Shown here one piece after another: positions 46,624 through 55,759 of a stretch of 64,000 nucleotides of DNA. The DNA is from Candidatus Micrarchaeota archaeon (GTDB lineage: Archaea; Micrarchaeota; Micrarchaeia; Anstonellales; Bilamarchaeaceae): NCBI GenBank assembly GCA_023129075.1, contig JAGMCT010000002.1, positions 3,077 through 67,076 on the forward strand. Reading direction: 5' to 3'. A model generated the notes under the pieces. That model was not told where the DNA came from and did no database searches. It was given only the letters and a program-made list of their open reading frames with translations. Every line of letters starts with the position of its first letter. Within the stretch, counting starts at the first letter, position 1. Both the position numbers and the translations under genes were made by a program.

Positions 46624-46676
46624 ACACTATTTTAGCTACCAATAGCAATAAAAATCCCTTCTCTCAGATAAAAACC

Positions 46677-48281
46677 ATGCTTAAAAGACTGATTCCCTTA
46701 CTTTTTTTAATCTCAATTCTTTACTCCTGCAGTGGAGAAGCCACAATAGAGGTTCCTGCATTAAGCGGGGACAAAAAAGAGGGCACAACAATCCCTATTA
46801 CTGTTCAGCTCATAAACGGAAAAGGAAATGTATATGTAAACACCAATCCAAAGACCTCTTTTTCCACTCAAGAATCCTTTGAAACGGCTGTACTTGCTGG
46901 GTTTATTTATGCAAACCAGAATCCTGAAGAATGCGATGTTCTAATAGATGTTTATACAAAAGGATTTGTTGAAGGGCCGTCAGGAGGAGCTGCGGTTGCA
47001 GTTGCAATATACTCTGCATTGACAGGAGAAAAGATAAGAAATGATGCAACATTAACTGGAGGGATAACACCGCTTGGAAAGGTCCAGAGAGTAGGAGGAA
47101 TTCACGAAAAGATGATTGCCGCATGGTATTCCGGAAAAGATTTTATTCTGATACCTGAAAAAAACCTTTATGAAGAGGTTATGATTGATCTTCTTCCAGA
47201 GGATTCAATAATGGTTTATGAGATAACTCATCTTTCAGAAGCCATAGATTTTATGATATATGAAAAGGAGCTTGAACAGGAAGAGCAGGGACTTGAAGAC
47301 GCTTCTCTCCCCGAGCTTGAGCCCACAGGAATTTCTCCTGAAGAATTTTATCCGGTTGCCGGGTATATGATTGAACTGGAAACCGAAAAGACAGAAGCAA
47401 TAAAGGATGATGAGATAAGAGACTACCTTCTCAATGAAATAGAAAACCAAAATCAGCTCATGGAATTGGGATATGTTTATAGCGCTGCAAATAGTGCATT
47501 TCTGGGTTATGTGGATGCAGCAACCATTTCCGAACTCCCAAACCTTGATGCCAAAGAAGAAAAATCAAATCTTTTAAACTGTCTTGAATCCCTTAAAAGA
47601 CCAAACATGACAATTGAAAATTATGAATGGCTGATAGGTGCGGATGTAAGAGAAGAATGGGCGCAGGAAACTTATGATAAATATAAAAATTATACCCCAA
47701 AATTAAGTGAAGAAGAATACTATCTTTTCCACGAACTCGCTTATGGGATGGGCTGGTGCCTTATTGCACAGGCGCTTTATGATGTTGAAGATAATGGCAC
47801 TAAGATAGATGAAACGATGTTCAAGGAGATTGCCTTTGACCAAATAGAAGAACTAAGAGAAACAACAGATAGTGAAATCCTTTGGCATATCTCAAATGCT
47901 CGTTCTTTATATTTTCATGAGAAATATGGTGCGGCAGCATTTGAAGCAGCATTTGCAAGAGCATTAACAGATGCTGAGGCTGCATCACTTTTGGAGCAGG
48001 ATATACAGACAAAGCTTGGGGTTCTTCTAAATGAAGAAAGGACCTCTAATTGGGGAAGAATCTACCAATCGCAGGCTCTTTTTCTTTATGCTGGAAATAA
48101 TTACAAATCCGCTTACTCTGTTGCTCTTTTCTCAAAATATCTGGACAACATGTTTTTAGATATTGAATTTGAAATACTGGATGAAGAGGAAGGAGAAACC
48201 GGAGAGCTCTGTTCTTTTTCTTATCTTTCCCTTATCCTATTATTATCCTATTGTTTTTGTTGTCTGGTGTCCGGTAATTAA
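46677..48281 (+). CDS. lipoprotein with a Lon-protease (S16) proteolytic domain and no AAA+ module
   Basis: Signal plus lipobox (ILYSCSG). 'EGPSGGAAVAVAIYSALTGEKIRNDATLTGGITPLGKVQRVGGIHEKMIAA' matches the S16 catalytic Ser/Lys region. A hydrophobic C-terminus is present. Confidence 0.6.
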   Translation: MLKRLIPLLFLISILYSCSGEATIEVPALSGDKKEGTTIPITVQLINGKGNVYVNTNPKTSFSTQESFETAVLAGFIYANQNPEECDVLIDVYTKGFVEGPSGGAAVAVAIYSALTGEKIRNDATLTGGITPLGKVQRVGGIHEKMIAAWYSGKDFILIPEKNLYEEVMIDLLPEDSIMVYEITHLSEAIDFMIYEKELEQEEQGLEDASLPELEPTGISPEEFYPVAGYMIELETEKTEAIKDDEIRDYLLNEIENQNQLMELGYVYSAANSAFLGYVDAATISELPNLDAKEEKSNLLNCLESLKRPNMTIENYEWLIGADVREEWAQETYDKYKNYTPKLSEEEYYLFHELAYGMGWCLIAQALYDVEDNGTKIDETMFKEIAFDQIEELRETTDSEILWHISNARSLYFHEKYGAAAFEAAFARALTDAEAASLLEQDIQTKLGVLLNEERTSNWGRIYQSQALFLYAGNNYKSAYSVALFSKYLDNMFLDIEFEILDEEEGETGELCSFSYLSLILLLSYCFCCLVSGN

Positions 48282-48480
48282 TTGCGGACTAATCGAATTT
48301 ATGCCCGCTTTTATCTATCGGTTTTCTGGTGGAAATTATTGTGAAGATAATCATGGACACAAGAATCAAAGTCATTATATTGTATGTTGAGTTGGAAATC
48401 GCCTGGCAACGTAAAAGAAGCAGATGTATAGAAAGATTTTTGTTATTTGTTTTAGCGATATCTATCTAAGGTTGATTTGT

Positions 48481-48939
48481 ATGAAAAAATTATTGGTAAT
48501 GGCAGGTCTTTTGCTGGTGCTTCTTGGTTGTGTGGAACCATCAGTAAAAGATTGTGGCACAGACATGGGATGTTTTGTAGATGCTACTACTAGTTGTGGT
48601 CTTGCAAAAGTTGAGTGGACTAGTTCAATTGACCTGTTTTTTATGAAGCAAACATCTACAATATATCTCGAAACAAAAGGATTAGATGAAAACGGAAAGT
48701 GTGAGCTCTACATCGAAGGAAAGAGCTTTGAGTTTGAATTTCCAGCCGAAGTACCTGAGAGCGCAAAAGAAGAAGCGGAGAGCGCAATGAAAGCATTTGA
48801 AGGCAAGGGAGGAACTTGCAAAATTGACCCCATACATTTTACAGAGCTAGTAGCAAATTGGGATGAGGGTTCTTTCTCATCAGAAGATTTTGCAGGTGTA
48901 GAGTGCGAGGGCGAATATTTCGACTTACTTTCAAATTAG
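48481..48939 (+). CDS. lipoprotein, hypothetical
   Basis: The start is taken at MKKLLVMAGLLLVLLGC, which is a signal plus lipobox. The ORF track begins at 48424. Confidence 0.45.
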   Translation: MKKLLVMAGLLLVLLGCVEPSVKDCGTDMGCFVDATTSCGLAKVEWTSSIDLFFMKQTSTIYLETKGLDENGKCELYIEGKSFEFEFPAEVPESAKEEAESAMKAFEGKGGTCKIDPIHFTELVANWDEGSFSSEDFAGVECEGEYFDLLSN

Positions 48940-49038
48940 AATAAATCCAATTTTTCTCTTTTTTTATTTTATATGTATCTGTTATTGCAAAAAATCTCAA
49001 ATTTATAAAACTTTTCTTTCTATTAATAATGTGATAGA

Positions 49039-49857
49039 ATGGCCACTGCACTTAGTTCAAGGGAATTAGGCATGCTCCTTCACCTTAAGAAAAGGCAGGT
49101 AGAATTGGAGTTCAAAAAGCATCTTGTAAAGGAAGATGAGGAAAAGATGCAGGAAATAAAAGTTGAATTAGAAGCAGTAAACAGGGGTGCAGAAAGAATC
49201 CTTTCAAAGATGAATGAAAAAAATGTCAAGCTAGTCATTCCTTTCCTTGATGAAATAAAAAAATACGAAGACAAACTTTCTTCTTTAAGCAAGGAAAAAA
49301 TAATTGAAGCCCTGCGTTCAAAAACAGGAGAAGTTTACGAATCTCTTGAGCAGAAATCAAAACTTGTAAAGAGCAACCTTGAACAAAAAGATGACATAGG
49401 CAGGCTCAATGTTTTTCTTTACAGAATTCCAGAAGAGGTAAGGAAAAAACTAATTCCCCACATACAAAAAGGCAGAATCCAGGAAGAGATTGAAATTGAT
49501 GAGCGAATTGGAGAAAATCTGGCAATTCTTTTAAGAAGAATTGGAATTTCTGCTGAATTTGATTCAACAAGAAAGGTCCTTTTCTGTTCTAATGAACCGC
49601 ACAGCGAAAAGAAGTTCATAGTTAACAACTGCGTTGTCTGGATACCAGAATCCTTTGATGGTTTATTTGAGAAAAACGAAAAAAATCTTAGGGAAATAGG
49701 AATGAAACTCCAGTTGAAGAATGCAGAAAGGCAGATAAGGGAATTTGGAGAAGCAGAATCAATAGAGTTTGAAACATTCCAGCAGGATTATATGGAATTT
49801 TTGGCTTTAAGAAATAAAATGCTTGAAGTTTTTAGTAATTCAGATGAAATATTATAA
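49039..49857 (+). CDS. hypothetical cytoplasmic protein
   Basis: 272 aa, helical and charged. Confidence 0.35.
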   Translation: MATALSSRELGMLLHLKKRQVELEFKKHLVKEDEEKMQEIKVELEAVNRGAERILSKMNEKNVKLVIPFLDEIKKYEDKLSSLSKEKIIEALRSKTGEVYESLEQKSKLVKSNLEQKDDIGRLNVFLYRIPEEVRKKLIPHIQKGRIQEEIEIDERIGENLAILLRRIGISAEFDSTRKVLFCSNEPHSEKKFIVNNCVVWIPESFDGLFEKNEKNLREIGMKLQLKNAERQIREFGEAESIEFETFQQDYMEFLALRNKMLEVFSNSDEIL

Positions 49858-49888
49858 AAATTATAAAAAGAAAAGATAGAAAGAAGAG

Positions 49889-50323
49889 TTATTTCTTCTT
49901 TCTTCTTTTTTTCTTGACCGTTTTTTTCTTTGTTGTCTTTCTCTTGACAGTTTTCTTCTTGACTGTTTTCTTTTTTACAGTTTTCTTCTTAACTGCCTTT
50001 CTTTTCACAGTTTTCTTTTTTACAGTTTTCTTCTTAACTGTCTTTTTCTTCACAGTTTTCTTTTTCACTGTCTTTTTCTTCACAGTTTTCTTTTTCACTG
50101 TCTTTTTCTTCACAGTTTTCTTTTTCACTGTCTTTTTCTTCACAGTTTTCTTTTTCACAGTTTTCTTCTTCACAGTTTTTTTCTTAACTGTTTTTCTTTT
50201 TGTTTTTTTCTTCATGGGAATCTCCCTCCATGTTTCCTTTTTAAAAATAAGATTTAAATATGTTTCTGAATACGCGTTCTGTTCCGTCGAAAAAAAATCC
50301 TCTTTTAATTCCTTTCTTTTCAA
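49889..50323 (-). CDS. lysine-rich tandem-repeat protein, (KKKTV)n with about 23 repeats
   Basis: The minus-strand ORF encodes ...MKKKTKRKTVKKKTVKKKTV...KKKRRKKK. The likely start is the internal M just before the repeats. The opposite-strand ORF (poly-Phe TVFFF) is considered the artefact. Confidence 0.5.
   Translation of the reverse strand: MKRKELKEDFFSTEQNAYSETYLNLIFKKETWREIPMKKKTKRKTVKKKTVKKKTVKKKTVKKKTVKKKTVKKKTVKKKTVKKKTVKKKTVKKKTVKKKTVKKKTVKRKAVKKKTVKKKTVKKKTVKRKTTKKKTVKKKRRKKK
49907..50215. repeat. 15-nt (30-nt super-unit) near-perfect tandem DNA repeat encoding KKKTV units
   Basis: There are 15-nt units with the consensus ttttCttcaCAGTT, and the cttttt(c)ttcacagttttctttttcactgt 30-mer is reiterated about 10 times. 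Confidence 0.85.
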
Positions 50324-50332
50324 ACAAGATAT

Positions 50333-51064
50333 ATGAAAATTTCAATAGATCTCGGCAGTTCCGTCGAAAAAAACGCTGCAAGATATTACAATCTAAACAA
50401 AAAATTAAGAAGAAAAATTGAAGGTTTGAAAAAAGCAATACAGCAAACAAGAACCAAACTCGGAAAAGGCAGGAAGGAAAAAATAAAAAAGAAAAGGAAA
50501 AAACCAAAGCCATATGAGAAATATTACTGGACAATCTCTCAGTGCAAGGAATTAATAATATCAGGAAAGAATGCAGCAGATAACGATGAGATTTATGCAA
50601 AATACCTAAAAAAAGATGACCTGTTTTTTCATGCTGATATCATTGGGGCCTCAGCAACGGTTTTGAAAGGAAACAAGGGAAAACAGGAAGCTGCTGAGAT
50701 GGCTGCTTGTTTTTCAAGAGCATGGAAACTTAGTTACTCCGAAGTTGATGTTTATGCACTCAAACCCGAGAATGTAAAGAAACATTCTCCAAAAGGACAT
50801 ATAGGAAAAGGTGCATTTTATCTTGAGGGGGAAAGAGAATGGTTTAGAAACACCAAGCTGATATTGAGGATAGGAATTGATGAGGATGGCCAGGTTATTA
50901 TAAGAACCCCCTCCAACCTACAGTCCCTTGAAAAACAGGTAATTATTTCTCCGGGTTCTTTAAGCAAGGAAGAAGCAGCAAAAGAGATTTCTAGGATTCT
51001 TGGAATAAAAGTAGCTGAGATTCATCCCCTGCTTCCTTCAGGAGGAATCAGCATCAAGACGTGA
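50333..51064 (+). CDS. NFACT-R (DUF814) domain protein, related to the Rqc2/NEMF/FbpA C-terminal RNA-binding module
   Basis: 'YYWTISQCKELIISGKNAADNDEIYAKYLKKDDLFFHADIIGASATVLKG' matches the DUF814 core (…FHADIhGAsSVVLK). Only 243 aa, with no NFACT-N domain. Confidence 0.55.
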   Translation: MKISIDLGSSVEKNAARYYNLNKKLRRKIEGLKKAIQQTRTKLGKGRKEKIKKKRKKPKPYEKYYWTISQCKELIISGKNAADNDEIYAKYLKKDDLFFHADIIGASATVLKGNKGKQEAAEMAACFSRAWKLSYSEVDVYALKPENVKKHSPKGHIGKGAFYLEGEREWFRNTKLILRIGIDEDGQVIIRTPSNLQSLEKQVIISPGSLSKEEAAKEISRILGIKVAEIHPLLPSGGISIKT

Positions 51065-51974
51065 GTTCTTTCATGAGCCTGCAGAACATACATATTTCTC
51101 CTGCAGAAGGCTCTCCGCATTTTTTACAATAATTCATTTTCTCTATTTTCACGGTTTTTCTTAATTTTTTTTGTAGTGTAAAAAAACTTCTTGCAACCTT
51201 GTGTTTTGTTCCAGGATAATCATGTTCCAATAGATTAAGATAGTGTCTTATCTTCCTTCTCAATGCCCTTCGTACATAGGGACAGCAGCTTTTTTCTGAT
51301 AAATCATAACCTTTAAGCATTGCGTAAACTGCTGTTTCTTTTTCAGGGATATAAATAAGAGGCCTTATTCTTTTTACAAATTCATCCGGTTCAAGTAAAG
51401 GCTCATTAAATCTTGCAAAGCGCATAGGTTCATTTCTTATTAAATTAAGGAGTGCGGTTTGCGCTACATCATCCAGATTATGTCCTATTGCTAATCTGTC
51501 CCCGCCCATTTCCCTTGCTTTTTTATTCATAAGATATCTTCTGAATACCCCGCAGTAGCTGCATGGAGGTGCCTTAAATTTTTTTGCAAGGTCATCCAAT
51601 CCATATCCAAATTCATCCTTAAATTTATATAAATTGTATCTTATTCCCAAATCATCAGCTATCTTTTTCGCATACTCAACAGAAATATTCCTATAACCTT
51701 TTATCCCTTCATCAATTATTATTGCTTTCAGTTCAAAAGGCAGGGATTTCTGAAGGTCTTTCAAAACATAGGCAAGGGTTGTGGAATCCTTTCCCCCTGA
51801 TAATCCTGCTATAACAGTTTCTCCGGTTCTTATCATTGATAGTTCCCGGACAGCCTTTTTTACCCTCCTAATCACCGTTTCCTCAAAATGCTTTGCGCAG
51901 AGATGCTTTTTGTTATACCTAGGATAAATTACTGCATCACTTTTGCACTTGTCACACTTCATTAAAAGCACCAT
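51054..51974 (-). CDS. PP-loop tRNA thiolation ATPase (TtuA/NcsA/TtcA family)
   Basis: 'LSGGKDSTTLAYVL' PP-loop. N-terminal CxxC...C/H and C-terminal 'CKKCGEPSAGEICMFC' zinc fingers. Confidence 0.75.
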   Translation of the reverse strand: MVLLMKCDKCKSDAVIYPRYNKKHLCAKHFEETVIRRVKKAVRELSMIRTGETVIAGLSGGKDSTTLAYVLKDLQKSLPFELKAIIIDEGIKGYRNISVEYAKKIADDLGIRYNLYKFKDEFGYGLDDLAKKFKAPPCSYCGVFRRYLMNKKAREMGGDRLAIGHNLDDVAQTALLNLIRNEPMRFARFNEPLLEPDEFVKRIRPLIYIPEKETAVYAMLKGYDLSEKSCCPYVRRALRRKIRHYLNLLEHDYPGTKHKVARSFFTLQKKLRKTVKIEKMNYCKKCGEPSAGEICMFCRLMKELTS

Positions 51975-52146
51975 GTTTAATATATGAAATTTCCAGAACC
52001 TCTCCTTTTTTTACTTTCTCAGTTTCTGGTTTTATCTTGTTATTTATTTTTACTACAACCTCATCCGCACAGATATTAAGTTGTTCAAGTATTTCGTTTA
52101 TCTCCCCGCTTTTCCTTATTTTTATTATCATTCTTTTCCCTTGCAT
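51952..52146 (-). CDS. small ThiS/MoaD-like (beta-grasp) protein lacking a C-terminal Gly-Gly (uncertain)
   Basis: 64 aa. 'MIIKIRKSGEINEILEQLNI...EVVVKINNKI...VKKGEVLEISYIKHG' follows the ThiS pattern but ends ...HGAFNEV. It overlaps both neighbours by about 20 nt. Confidence 0.3.
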   Translation of the reverse strand: MQGKRMIIKIRKSGEINEILEQLNICADEVVVKINNKIKPETEKVKKGEVLEISYIKHGAFNEV

Positions 52147-53096
52147 AATACAAATTGTGCAAGCAATGCCTCAATTTGAATCCTTTCATTTGCCCCTTCA
52201 ACCAGTCTAAAATTATATTCGCCTATCTTATCTACTATGAATGGTTTTTTATCATTTGGAATGCTCTCCATTTTTATAACTTCCCGATACATCTGCACAA
52301 TCACATCCTCTCCGCTCAATCCATATTCAATCATTAGTTTGTTTAGTTTTTCTCTCGCTTCCTTGAATTTTCCCTCCAATGCAAGTTCCAGCATCTCCTG
52401 TATCTCCTTTGGCCTTGCCCTGCTGCTTATTTTATAGATAGTTTCTTCTTTTATGTGGTCAGTTGCGAGTGCAGCTCCCTGCAGGATGTTTAGTATCCTT
52501 CTCATATCTCCATCAGAAGAATAGAAAAGTGCTCCATATGCTTCAGCGTCTATTTTTATTCCCTCTTTTTTCCCAACCATTTCTATCAGTTTTCTCATGT
52601 CTTCTTCTTCCAGAAGCGTAAAGCGCATCATTCCGCATCTGCTCTGCAAGGGTTCTATTATTTTAGAAGAATAATTACAGCTCATGATAAATCTTGTCAT
52701 AGCAGAATATTGCTCCATCGTTCTTCTTAATGCATGCTGTGCATCGGAAGTAAGTGCATCTGCTTCATCAAGAAATATCAATTTGAAAGGCACATCACCA
52801 AGGGCTATACTTCTTGCAAAGTCCTTTATTTTTCCCCTCACTACATCTATTCCTCTTTCATCTGATGCATTCAGTTCAAGGAAATTACCACCTAGTTTTT
52901 CCCCAAAAATCTCGTTTGCAAGAGCAAGCGCACATGTTGTTTTTCCTATTCCAGGAGGTCCTGCAAATAGAAGATTCGGCATGCTTTTCTTTTTTACAAA
53001 AGCCCTGAGATGTTTTACAACCTCTTTCTGTCCTATAACCTCGCCAAGATGTTTTGGCCTGTATTTTTCAGTCCAGGGTAAAAGTTCTTCTTTCAT
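52128..53096 (-). CDS. rfcS: replication factor C small subunit
   Basis: Walker A 'GPPGIGKTT', 'LIFLDEADALT', 'SRC' box 'LQSRCGMMRF'. 322 aa. Confidence 0.9.
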   Translation of the reverse strand: MKEELLPWTEKYRPKHLGEVIGQKEVVKHLRAFVKKKSMPNLLFAGPPGIGKTTCALALANEIFGEKLGGNFLELNASDERGIDVVRGKIKDFARSIALGDVPFKLIFLDEADALTSDAQHALRRTMEQYSAMTRFIMSCNYSSKIIEPLQSRCGMMRFTLLEEEDMRKLIEMVGKKEGIKIDAEAYGALFYSSDGDMRRILNILQGAALATDHIKEETIYKISSRARPKEIQEMLELALEGKFKEAREKLNKLMIEYGLSGEDVIVQMYREVIKMESIPNDKKPFIVDKIGEYNFRLVEGANERIQIEALLAQFVLCKGKE

Positions 53097-53104
53097 GTTT
53101 TCAC

Positions 53105-55729
53105 CTATATAAATTTTCCCAGCACCATTTTCTGGTTTCCGCCTCCCTGAGCACCTCTTTTTTTCAGTTCCTCAAAAACCTCAAGCGCGCTTTTTTTTCC
53201 TGAAGAAAATATTACAAATTCATTTTTTTTGTTTTTAAGCACTACGACACACGGAATCTCTTTTGTTATTTTTTCACTAATAATTATAAGCGTTTTCTGC
53301 TCTGCATCAACTTCTTTTTCTACGCTACCTTCCTTTATCCCCTTTTTTATTTCAACCGCCTTTGCGCCTATCCATGCCTCAAGCATGTTCTCTATTCTTT
53401 TCCTCTGTGTTTTCCACTCATTAAAGAATCTTTCAACTGTTTTGGGCAGTTCTTTTTTTGTAACGCTTACGATGCCTGCTGCATTCTTTAGTATTTCTTC
53501 CTCTTTTTGCACATACTCCACAGCGCTTGAACCGCATCTAAATATTATTCTTTCCAATCCGTCCTGCACTCCTATTCTTTTTTCTATTTTAAAGTATCCG
53601 ATTTCCCCGGTTGTTTTTATCATCTGGTGAGTTCCTCCACAGGCTTCTGCATCAATCCCAGTTATCTCAATTATTCTTAATTCCTTTCCAGGAACAGCAC
53701 CGCCCTGGTAAAGCCTGAACCCGAATCTTTTTTCTGCCTCATTTCTCGGAAGCACATGCGTTCTGACTTCAACATTTCTTCTTATGTATTCATTTACCCT
53801 GGCTTCCAGCTTGTTTATATCCTCAACACTAAATCTCTTGTAATGCGTAAGGTCCAGGTGGGCCTTTTTTTCTGTCTTTCCGCTTCCGCCCTGCCATATA
53901 TGATTCCCGAAAAGTTCTCTTGCTGCAGCATTAAGAAGATGTGCTGCTGTGTGATGTCTTGTTATCTGTTTTCTTCTTTCAAGGTCCACAATTCCCCTGA
54001 CTTTGCTTCCTTTTTTGAAGCCTCCACTTTCTTTTACTTTGTGAAGAACGACCCCCTCTTTTTTTATGGTTTCAACAATCTCAATACCATCCAGTGTTCC
54101 AATATCACCCGTTTGCCCTCCTCCTTCAGGATAGAACGCAGTTTTGTTCAGTATTATCATATCCTCTATTCTTCCAAGCACCTCTGCTTCAAATTCTCCC
54201 CTTTCTTCATAATAAAAAGCTGTTGTTTTTGGGTAGTCGCTTACATCTACTCCTTCCATTCCCTCTTTCTTTTCCTCAATCTCTTCATCTTTTTTTCTTA
54301 TTTTTTCATAGAAATCCTGAGGGATTTCAACCTCCTTTCCTTCTTTTTTTGCAATCTCTTTTATGTACTCAGGAGGAACACCATGGCTCTGATATAGAAG
54401 CACAAGTTCGTCTTCTTTTATTTTTCCTTTTTTTAACAACACCTCAACTTTCCTTTTTGCCTTTTCTTTCGTTTCTCCATATCTTTTTTTCTCTTCTCTT
54501 ATTACATCTGCAGTAACCTCAATCCCCTCCTGAAGTTCAGGAAAAAGACCTTTGAGCTCCTTTGCATGCGCCTCAAGCATCCATTCATAATCAAATTCCA
54601 TTTCCAGGTCCTCCTCAAGCCCGAATACCCTCCTTGTAATCATCCTTAAATTGTATCCCCCCCCGACATTACTCGGCAGCATTCCGTCTTTAATTGTAAA
54701 CAACAGGGTGAGAACATGGTCCAGTGCAATATATACTCCCTGCAACGGTTTCAATGATTCTATAAAATTTTCAATCCCCAATTCCTTTTCTATTTTTTTC
54801 TTTTCTGTTTTTAGGGTAAGCCCCTCATCAACATCAAGACCTCCAGTCAGTCTTGCGTATTTTGCATAATTTTTTTCATCCACTTTTATATCCTGCTTTT
54901 TTTTCATTTCTTCCAGAACCCTTCCATAGGTTGCTTCATAAACGGTCGGCGTTCCCTGGGTTATCCATGCCAATCTGCTTAATCCTGCTCCCATATCAAT
55001 TACTTTTGTTTTCAGCTCCCTCCTCTTCCCGTTCTTTAATTCATACTCCATAAATACAGTATTTCCTAATTCAATACCTCTGCTGAAGTATTCCATGGAA
55101 GGGCCAAAATTTCCTCCCCCCATCCATACATCTTCCTTGAATGTTATCTCTTTCAATGGAATGCCCAGCATCTGTAGATAGGCAAGGTCGTGCCTTATCG
55201 CCTCCTCCTTCCAATAGAAATGCCCTGTTTTCTCGGTATTGAAGGCATGCTGTCCGAACATTACAAAGTTTGTCATATGCCTTCCGCTTATTCCTACATT
55301 GCTTACATCGGAGAATCTTATGCATGTCTGTGGCACTATCAAAGGATTGGCAGGAGGTTCAAGTTCTCCTGAAACTACATAAGGCTGAAAATCGTTTATT
55401 GATGCTATGGTAAAATAAAGGTCGTCCCTCCATCTTGCGACAGTAGGATAAGGCTTCAGGCTCGTATGCCCGTTTTCCACAAAATATTTTTCTATCTCTT
55501 TCCATGTCTGCACATAACTCAGGTTTCTTTTACTCGGCGGGTTTCCTATGAATTCATATCCCACACAGGATGAGTCGCCGCAGTGCTCCCTTTCCTGAGT
55601 TGCCCAAAAATATCCTCCACATTTCCTGCACTGCCGTCTGGAAAACCCATTTTCTTCCAGAACCTTAAGTTTATAATGTTTTTTCCATTCTTTTCCGAAT
55701 TCCTTTCTTAGAGTATCCTTAGAAACCAT
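53105..55729 (-). CDS. alaS: alanine--tRNA ligase (archaeal type)
   Basis: 874 aa. Editing-domain 'HTAAHLLNAAAREL' and 'CGGTHQ'. The class II catalytic core is archaeal-type. Confidence 0.9.
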   Translation of the reverse strand: MVSKDTLRKEFGKEWKKHYKLKVLEENGFSRRQCRKCGGYFWATQEREHCGDSSCVGYEFIGNPPSKRNLSYVQTWKEIEKYFVENGHTSLKPYPTVARWRDDLYFTIASINDFQPYVVSGELEPPANPLIVPQTCIRFSDVSNVGISGRHMTNFVMFGQHAFNTEKTGHFYWKEEAIRHDLAYLQMLGIPLKEITFKEDVWMGGGNFGPSMEYFSRGIELGNTVFMEYELKNGKRRELKTKVIDMGAGLSRLAWITQGTPTVYEATYGRVLEEMKKKQDIKVDEKNYAKYARLTGGLDVDEGLTLKTEKKKIEKELGIENFIESLKPLQGVYIALDHVLTLLFTIKDGMLPSNVGGGYNLRMITRRVFGLEEDLEMEFDYEWMLEAHAKELKGLFPELQEGIEVTADVIREEKKRYGETKEKAKRKVEVLLKKGKIKEDELVLLYQSHGVPPEYIKEIAKKEGKEVEIPQDFYEKIRKKDEEIEEKKEGMEGVDVSDYPKTTAFYYEERGEFEAEVLGRIEDMIILNKTAFYPEGGGQTGDIGTLDGIEIVETIKKEGVVLHKVKESGGFKKGSKVRGIVDLERRKQITRHHTAAHLLNAAARELFGNHIWQGGSGKTEKKAHLDLTHYKRFSVEDINKLEARVNEYIRRNVEVRTHVLPRNEAEKRFGFRLYQGGAVPGKELRIIEITGIDAEACGGTHQMIKTTGEIGYFKIEKRIGVQDGLERIIFRCGSSAVEYVQKEEEILKNAAGIVSVTKKELPKTVERFFNEWKTQRKRIENMLEAWIGAKAVEIKKGIKEGSVEKEVDAEQKTLIIISEKITKEIPCVVVLKNKKNEFVIFSSGKKSALEVFEELKKRGAQGGGNQKMVLGKFI

Positions 55730-55759
55730 GTTTTTTTTATGATTAGAAGTATTTTAAAT

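Noticed and set aside
49914-50336. Plus-strand 140-aa ORF of poly-Phe 'TVFFF' repeats
   Set aside because: It is the mirror frame of the (KKKTV)n repeat. A protein of 25 consecutive TVFFF units is biologically implausible, so the minus-strand Lys-rich reading is preferred. This is unresolved without expression data.
53756-54516. 213-aa and 140-aa plus-strand ORFs within the alaS region
   Set aside because: They are antisense to AlaRS, Phe/Leu-rich and low-complexity.
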